A stretch of 64,000 nt of DNA from Firmicutes bacterium UBA4795. Its GTDB lineage: Bacteria > Bacillota > Desulfotomaculia > Desulfotomaculales > Nap2-2B. The DNA is taken from assembly GCA_002402825.1 (NCBI GenBank), contig DHGP01000006.1, forward strand, positions 1,613-65,612, given 5' to 3'. Positions 62,939 through 64,000 of the stretch are shown one piece after another (the first letter of the stretch is position 1; every line of letters starts with the position of its first letter). Under the pieces are notes generated by a model that worked only from the letters and a program-made list of their open reading frames with translations, was not told where the DNA came from and made no database searches. Made by a program: the position numbers and the translations under genes.

Positions 62939-63836
62939 CCGCCAGCATTTTATTTACGGTCGCTATGGCGGACGTGCGGATTTGAGGAGAAACCTTTACT
63001 TCAAAGACCGTTTCTTCTAAAGAATAAATAATTTTTTCCAGGGTAATTAGCTTCATATTGGGACAAACAGCTTGTTCGGAAACAGGAATAAACCTTTTAT
63101 TTGGATTTTCCTCTCTTAAGCGGTGGATAATCCCAATTTCTGTCCCGACAATAATCTCTTTAGCCTGGCTGGTTTGGGCGTACCGGCATAGCCCGCCGGT
63201 GCTTAATACTTCATCGGCCAGGGCAATTACTTCTGGTCTACATTCCGGATGCACTACTACCCTGGCTAAAGGATAATCTTGTTTTAATTTTTCAATATGG
63301 TCAGGTAAAATTCTGGCGTGGGTAGGGCAGTAACCGGGCCAGAAAATCATTTTTTTACCTGTTTTGGCGGCTACATATTGACCAAGGTACTGGTCAGGAA
63401 CAAATAAAATCTCTTCCGCCTTAATGCTTTCTACAATTTTAACCGCGTTAGCTGAAGTACAGCAAACATCTGCTTCGGCCTTCACCGCCGCCGGAGAATT
63501 AATGTAACATACTACCGCTGCTTTAGGATACTCTTTCTTTTTTTGCCTTAGTTTTTCCGCGGTAATCATATCAGCCATGGGGCAGCCGGCGTTTAAATCG
63601 GGAAGCAAAACCAGCTTGTCGGGACAAAGAATAGAAGCTGTTTCCGCCATAAAATGAACGCCGCAAAAAACAATCACTTCAGCCTTTGTTTGCGCAGCCT
63701 TTTGACTTAATTCTAAAGAATCACCCACGAAATCAGCCGCGTCCTGGACCTCTCCTAACTGGTAGTTATGGGCCAGGATAATGGCTTTTTTTTGTTCTTT
63801 AAGCTGACTTATTTTTTCTTTTAACTTATTTTGCAT
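62925..63836 (-). CDS. nadA: Quinolinate synthase
   Basis: ILAHNYQ, GDSL, FCGVHFMAE, GCPMA, HPEC, CPNMK. Confidence 0.97.
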   Translation of the reverse strand: MQNKLKEKISQLKEQKKAIILAHNYQLGEVQDAADFVGDSLELSQKAAQTKAEVIVFCGVHFMAETASILCPDKLVLLPDLNAGCPMADMITAEKLRQKKKEYPKAAVVCYINSPAAVKAEADVCCTSANAVKIVESIKAEEILFVPDQYLGQYVAAKTGKKMIFWPGYCPTHARILPDHIEKLKQDYPLARVVVHPECRPEVIALADEVLSTGGLCRYAQTSQAKEIIVGTEIGIIHRLREENPNKRFIPVSEQAVCPNMKLITLEKIIYSLEETVFEVKVSPQIRTSAIATVNKMLAVGRG

Positions 63837-63878
63837 TATCCTCTCCTGGTTAATTAATTTTATTTTCTCAAAAAATTA

Positions 63879-63998
63879 CTACAAAATAAAGGTTTTGTCA
63901 ATACGGTTAAATTTTTTTACAAATACTACCGGAAGGGAATTCAAATAAGGCGGTATTGGGTCCTGGAAAGCAAGCCCCACCGCGACGACCTTAAAACT
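63879..63998 (-). CDS. Possible 3' end of an upstream CDS (partial at window edge)
   Basis: Open frame SFKVVAVGLAFQDPIPPYLNSLPVVFVKKFNRIDKTFIL*; no recognisable motif. Confidence 0.35.
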   Translation of the reverse strand, partial: SFKVVAVGLAFQDPIPPYLNSLPVVFVKKFNRIDKTFIL

Positions 63999-64000
63999 AC

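Noticed and set aside
63930-64000. GC-rich hairpin upstream of nadA as an NAD riboswitch or ncRNA
   Set aside because: It lies upstream of a TTGACA promoter-like site for nadA, matches no RNA family I recognise, and an open minus-strand frame can explain it; truncated by the window edge.

Overview
AT-rich core-genome segment from a spore-forming, anaerobic Firmicute (Peptococcaceae/Desulfotomaculum-like, inferred from spoIIGA-sigE-sigG-spoIIR, dapL, a Na+-decarboxylase beta subunit and gene order). It holds wzm/wzt, one complete IS701-family element, glnA with an ANTAR leader, rnpB, tgt-yajC-secDF, nusB-xseA, a MazEF-like module, a pan/nad/birA/coaX/nadE cofactor supercluster, a queD-queC-DUF366-queE-folE cluster, coaBC-rpoZ-gmk-remA-yicC, dapF/dapL, rqcH and nadA. 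Three things stand out. (1) Several small repeat families (two GTAG-type REP-like palindromes, heptamer-repeat hairpins, a 193-bp MITE-like element, C/G-rich hairpins) occur between genes and also appear inserted in frame in conserved proteins (RqcH twice, a Nudix hydrolase, DapF, CoaBC) and in helix P12 of RNase P RNA. (2) Four genes (tgt, rluD, xseA, queE) appear to need non-canonical start codons. (3) The preQ0 operon contains a ligase-fold DUF366 gene but no queF, and tgt has no adjacent queA. All product calls come from recalled motifs and gene context; no database searches were run.
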